From Craspedostauros australis (taxonomy: Eukaryota), in NCBI GenBank assembly GCA_030167865.1, contig JALAGF010004099.1:1-37870 (forward strand): a DNA stretch of 37,870 nucleotides, written 5' to 3'. Positions 33,658 to 37,870 of this stretch are shown here, piece after piece (the stretch's first letter is position 1; the number at the start of each line of letters is the position of its first letter). The notes under the pieces are model-generated. The model did no database searches. It was not told where the DNA came from and saw only the letters and a program-made list of their open reading frames with translations. Position numbers and translations under genes: made by a program.

Positions 33658-35405
33658 TTGGCCCTGGCGCAAACCAACGAAGCCAATGCAGCCAACATAC
33701 TATGCGTTGAATATGGAGAGCAGCAGCAACAACAGCAACAGCAATCGCAGCAACAGCTTGACATCGTCTATGCTGATGCTATCGCCACGGAGGTCTCCGC
33801 CGACTTCGACACTGCAGACATGTCCACCAACCAGCGTGCGAACGAAGTTCTGCCATCGAACGTTGTTCATGTTCTGGGACTCGTCCACAACCATGAATCG
33901 ACGCCGGCGACTGCACCGGCGGCAGCCGAAGCTTTGCCCACACCATCACATGAACACATTGATTATGACATGACTGGCGGTGATGCAATCGTCGTTGCGA
34001 CCACAGCACCAATTGCAAGCACGAGAGCAGATGGGGACAAAAAATTTCGTAGAGTATATCAAGGGATATTACTGGTGCTTGTGGCCGTCGCCTTTGTTTA
34101 CATCACGGTCGTCATTGCCCCGACCGTGTCGCCCGCGATTGAAGTGTACGGCGACGCGAATCACACGCCTGACGGGGCCAGTTGCGGTTTCCCAGCCCCT
34201 CAGATGCTCCACCGCTGTTCTCAACACCGATGTCAGCGTCAGCGTCAGCGTCAGCGTCACCATCACTGGGCACTTCATTCACAACGACGCCCACACCAGC
34301 GGCAACAGCAACGACGACAGGAGTACCTTCGTGGTTCCCTGCAACACCGTCACAATCGATGTCACCGTCACAAGCGCCACATCAGGCTGGAGCGATTGCT
34401 CCATCGCAGGTATCCAGGGAGGCTTTCGATCGTTTGGTCACTGCGTTGCGTCCAATCTTGATGGGATCGCCAGGCTTCACAGAAGACAGCGCATTCACAG
34501 ACTCTTCGTCCTTCACGCACCAAACGCTGCGATGGATGGCTGACGGCAGAGGCACCGCCGTTCCCATGTCTGAAGTTCTAGCCGAATCCGAGGCTGAACT
34601 CCAGAGAGTTTTGGAAAGATATGTACTCGGTTACGTGTATTTTTCCATGGACGGCCCCAGCTGGAGCCGCGAGTTCAACTTCACGTCCGATACAGATGCA
34701 TGCGATTGGAACAGCAGAGCAGACGCATCGATCGAAGATACTCCCACGAGCGCCTCAAGTTTTGGTTCTGGGTTTGTGGAAGCCATCAGCATGCCTGGCA
34801 ACCAACTGCGAGGAACGTTCCCACCTGAAATCCTGTATTTGAAGCACCTGAGAAGGCTTGATCTAAGTTTGAACGAAATCGAAGGGACAATTCCGACGGA
34901 GATCGGACAGTTGCCGAATTTGGAGCACTTCAGTATGCAGGGCACAGCTATCAACGGGACGATACCAACCGAAGTTGGGTTGTTGCCAAAACTGAAACAC
35001 TTTGATCTCACGACCACAGGCATCAGTGGAGCCATTCCCACGCAAATTGGGAAATTGGGAAAGCTGGAAGCCCTGTATCTGCACGACACTCGCCTGATGG
35101 GCACCATCCCAACAGAGGTTGGCCTCATGGCGAGCTTGGTTTACTTCCACGTATACGACACGGCAATCAGTGGGGAAGTGCCAACACAGATGAGTGCCTT
35201 AGTTCGTCTCGTCGAGTTCGAATTTCAAAATACCCACATCGAAGGCAACGTTGACCCACTGTTTTGCTCCGACGCGGACGGGTCTGCAAATCCAACGAAT
35301 CTGAGGAGCGACTGCCAAGAAGCTGGCGTCAAGCCCCGGCGCGTTATCTGTTCCTGCTGTTCCACATGTGATCCCCATGTGCGCTCGTACGATGCGAATG
35401 AGTGA
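33658..35405 (+). pseudogene. Diatom-type TM + Ser/Thr/Pro stalk + plant-like LRR protein, interrupted by a frameshift near 34173-34230 (pseudogene, sequencing indel or unrecognised intron)
   Basis: One frame gives polyQ, KKFRR and a TM (ILLVLVAVAFVYITVVIA). Another frame (34182-35405) gives the stalk, an LRWM...LERYVLGYVYFSMDGPSW..C.W cap, about six LxxLxLxxNxIxGTIPTEIG repeats and a C..CC..C end. Confidence 0.7.
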
Positions 35406-35559
35406 AGCGTACTAGTGGAGGATTATGACCAGCCGTACGTGCTCCCTCATGTATTTCTCAGATCAATCACTCGTTCATGTCCCCATGTTTTGTTCTTGCT
35501 CGAGACGAAGAGGGAAACCGCATCTGTTCCATTTGCGCTGCTGCCATATCGCATCACTG

Positions 35560-35563
<4 letters not shown>

Positions 35564-35616
<53 letters not shown>
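35564..35616. repeat. (AG)n microsatellite, about 26 units, between convergent genes
   Basis: Read directly from the sequence. Confidence 0.97.
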
Positions 35617-35619
<3 letters not shown>

Positions 35620-35731
35620 GGTACGTGGCTCTCACACAACAAGTCTAATTGTATCTCATTGTAATGTATTGCATTGTATTGTAAGATCTGTAGTTGTACG
35701 TACGATTGAGCGTAGGCGCCACGTCGTATTC

Positions 35732-37870
35732 TCAAACCGCATGCTCGGCTGGCGAGCAATCATCCAGCTGAAGGGCTTCAACGTTCGTCGAATCATCCCC
35801 GACATCCATGATGACATGCTGGGGCCCATGTTCCATGAGCCTTGCGTCCTCTTTCGTCGCGAACGCCTCCATGGCTCCCACGACGCTGCATTGCGGATGC
35901 AAGACACCGCTGAGGTGACATTTCTTGATCGTCACCGTGGAAAACACGCCGTAATGGCCATGGACCCGAGCATCGTCGATCACGCATCCGCCAGCGATGG
36001 TCACGTGGGTTGGTTCGTACAGACGGCAGCCAAAGTAGAGCAACCGACCTTCGGCCTTGACGCCTTGGAAGCGTAGCACCGCGTTCATCATCGACGTTCC
36101 CCACAGCACTGGCGTGAACGACCAGCTCATCACCCAGTGGCAGAAAGACAGGTATACCGTGTACAGCGACAGGCTCCATGGCTTCGTCCTCGTATTCTTT
36201 CCCGTGAACACAATGAACTCTACGATGCGTTGCACGATGATCCAAACGATGGTCTGGATGACAACCGCTGCGGCGAGGACAGGGACCACTCCGGCGGATG
36301 TCTGCGGCTTGGCCATGCTCATCCAGAACTCGTAAGCTGGGATGAAGCTGCCTGCCACGACCATGATCAAGGTGGCGTACAGGACGGTGCTCTTCACCAC
36401 GATCTGCGAAAGTTCCCAACCGGAGAAGGGCTGATTCTGAGGATGTTGCTGTGGTCGAATCAGGTTCTCGGCGACGGTGGTACGCGGCGATACCAGCGCC
36501 TTGCGGACCGTCACGCCCGCCTTGCACGAGACCATGATGCCGATGCTGCTGTCCTCGATCGTGACCATCTTGTACTGATCGCCGTGCTTGATGTCGAAGG
36601 AGAACATGGAGATGAACGACCTGCGGACCCTGATGAGGTCAGCCTTGGACGGAGGGAATTGCACCGCGAAGATCTTCGATCGCAAGTCGACGTCCATACC
36701 GTGGGCCATCATGACGAGGTTCCACAGCATCGAGTTGCTTGTCAGGATGTACAGGAGCATGCAGGATCGGTTGAAGTGATAATCACAAGCCCAGTCCGCG
36801 AGGTCAGACATGATCGTTGCCCTTGCCTTGCCCGGTTTCTTCTTGCCGATCAACACCCATTTGAGGATGATGCTGAACAGCAGCAGGAGCAGCGACGCGA
36901 TTCCGATCGACACGACCCAGTATTGTAGCCTGGAGTATCTCCAGTCTCGTAACTGGCCATTCACCATGATATTGCCGACGAGCATGCAAGAGAATGCAAT
37001 GTACAGCTCCACGACCAACCAAAGTAGCTTCATCGCTCCGATGATGATCCATCGATGGTTATTCGATGATCCTGCCGCTGTGGTTGCTGCTGATGCGGTT
37101 GCCTGCATTGCTTCTGTATTGTTGGCGGCAATGCTTTCTGAACTATCGTTGTGTTTGTCAGTAGTCGCACATGTCGATTTGCTGTCGCTTGAGCTTGCGA
37201 CGAAGGCCGGGTTGCCTTTGATTGCGGTGTTGGACGGCGCCTGCGCACCTTCTGGCATCACACAGAGACGTTGCACCTGACAGTTGGAACCGACCTTCAC
37301 ACCAGGGCAAAGGACGCCCTTGATCTTCGTGCCTGATCCAACTTCTACCTTGCGGAATCTCAGGGTGGGACCTCCCTCCTCGTCCCTCCACGGGCCGAAC
37401 ATGCGGCATCGGATGGGCTCGCCCACCGTGGCATGGGCGCCGATCTTCACCAGATCGAACTCCCGAATGGACACGCAGATGTTCGACGACCGATGGACGT
37501 TCGCGCCCATGAGGTAGCAGTAGAGCGTCATCAGGGGGGTGTTGACGATGAAACGCCCGACGAAGGTCTCCCACACATGGATCAGCCGATCAACGAACCA
37601 CCATCGCAGGAAGTAGATGCTTGTATAGCTCGCGTACCCTTCTCGGTATCTGCCAACGACGATCCACTTCATCAGAATGACCTCCACGGACAGCGCGGTC
37701 AACCAGACTGGAACGACGAAGGGATAGTACGCCCATTTGTACTCGTACTCGTCGGAGGATGTCCCAATGGTGAATTCTGCTTGCGTGTTGCTTCCATTGG
37801 CCAGCATCTTCCCAAATTCGTATGCCGGGATGATGGGAAGCGCAAATAGGAACAGAATGGCAAGGCCACC
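35732..37870 (-). CDS. 3' part of a Pls/PosA-type NRPS-like membrane enzyme (poly-amino-acid synthetase terminal domain); 5' truncated by the window edge
   Basis: The frame is open to the window edge (GGLAILFLFALPIIPAYEFGKML...). There are three repeats of a TM hairpin plus soluble domain. Repeat 1: MKWIVVGRYREG...YFLRWWFVDRL...TPLMTLYCYLMGANV...FDLVKIG. Repeat 2: LKWVLIGKKKPG. Repeat 3: LWGTSMMNAVLRFQGVK...VTIAGGCVIDD. Hexapeptide-like stretches (VEVGSGTKIKGVLCPGVKVGSNCQV) are present. Confidence 0.8.
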   Translation of the reverse strand, partial: GGLAILFLFALPIIPAYEFGKMLANGSNTQAEFTIGTSSDEYEYKWAYYPFVVPVWLTALSVEVILMKWIVVGRYREGYASYTSIYFLRWWFVDRLIHVWETFVGRFIVNTPLMTLYCYLMGANVHRSSNICVSIREFDLVKIGAHATVGEPIRCRMFGPWRDEEGGPTLRFRKVEVGSGTKIKGVLCPGVKVGSNCQVQRLCVMPEGAQAPSNTAIKGNPAFVASSSDSKSTCATTDKHNDSSESIAANNTEAMQATASAATTAAGSSNNHRWIIIGAMKLLWLVVELYIAFSCMLVGNIMVNGQLRDWRYSRLQYWVVSIGIASLLLLLFSIILKWVLIGKKKPGKARATIMSDLADWACDYHFNRSCMLLYILTSNSMLWNLVMMAHGMDVDLRSKIFAVQFPPSKADLIRVRRSFISMFSFDIKHGDQYKMVTIEDSSIGIMVSCKAGVTVRKALVSPRTTVAENLIRPQQHPQNQPFSGWELSQIVVKSTVLYATLIMVVAGSFIPAYEFWMSMAKPQTSAGVVPVLAAAVVIQTIVWIIVQRIVEFIVFTGKNTRTKPWSLSLYTVYLSFCHWVMSWSFTPVLWGTSMMNAVLRFQGVKAEGRLLYFGCRLYEPTHVTIAGGCVIDDARVHGHYGVFSTVTIKKCHLSGVLHPQCSVVGAMEAFATKEDARLMEHGPQHVIMDVGDDSTNVEALQLDDCSPAEHAV

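Noticed and set aside
35793-37574. Several 130-260 aa ORFs overlapping the Pls-like gene
   Set aside because: Alternative-frame or antisense shadows without motifs.
1-37870. Transposons, tRNA/rRNA genes, CRISPR arrays, prokaryotic operon structure
   Set aside because: I saw no transposase, RT or integrase motifs, LTRs/TIRs, structured RNA genes or repeat-spacer arrays by eye. Small or degenerate elements could have been missed.

Overview
Eukaryotic nuclear DNA, most likely from a diatom or a related stramenopile. The evidence is ten GT-AG introns that I could reconstruct in frame, a bipartite plastid-targeting presequence with an ASAFAP-type cleavage motif (ALA|FAP), and diatom-style TM-LRR and fucosyltransferase-like genes. 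About 13 protein-coding genes are supported: a fucosyltransferase-like type II membrane protein, a very long DNAJB6-like J protein, a START+TM protein, an ALDH22/Msc7-like aldehyde dehydrogenase, a cytidylate-kinase-like P-loop protein, PAM18/TIM14, a METTL21-family methyltransferase, a B-type cyclin, ferredoxin-NADP+ reductase, a HIT protein, nicotinate phosphoribosyltransferase, a frameshifted TM-LRR gene, and the 3' part of a Pls/PosA-type NRPS-like membrane enzyme running off the right edge. Three observations stand out: (1) the Pls/PosA-like poly(amino acid) synthetase terminal domain in an alga, (2) an apparently circularly permuted CMP kinase, and (3) an FNR whose extra N-terminal signal plus TM segment suggests a thylakoid-anchored enzyme. 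Family calls rest on motif recognition by eye; no database search was run.
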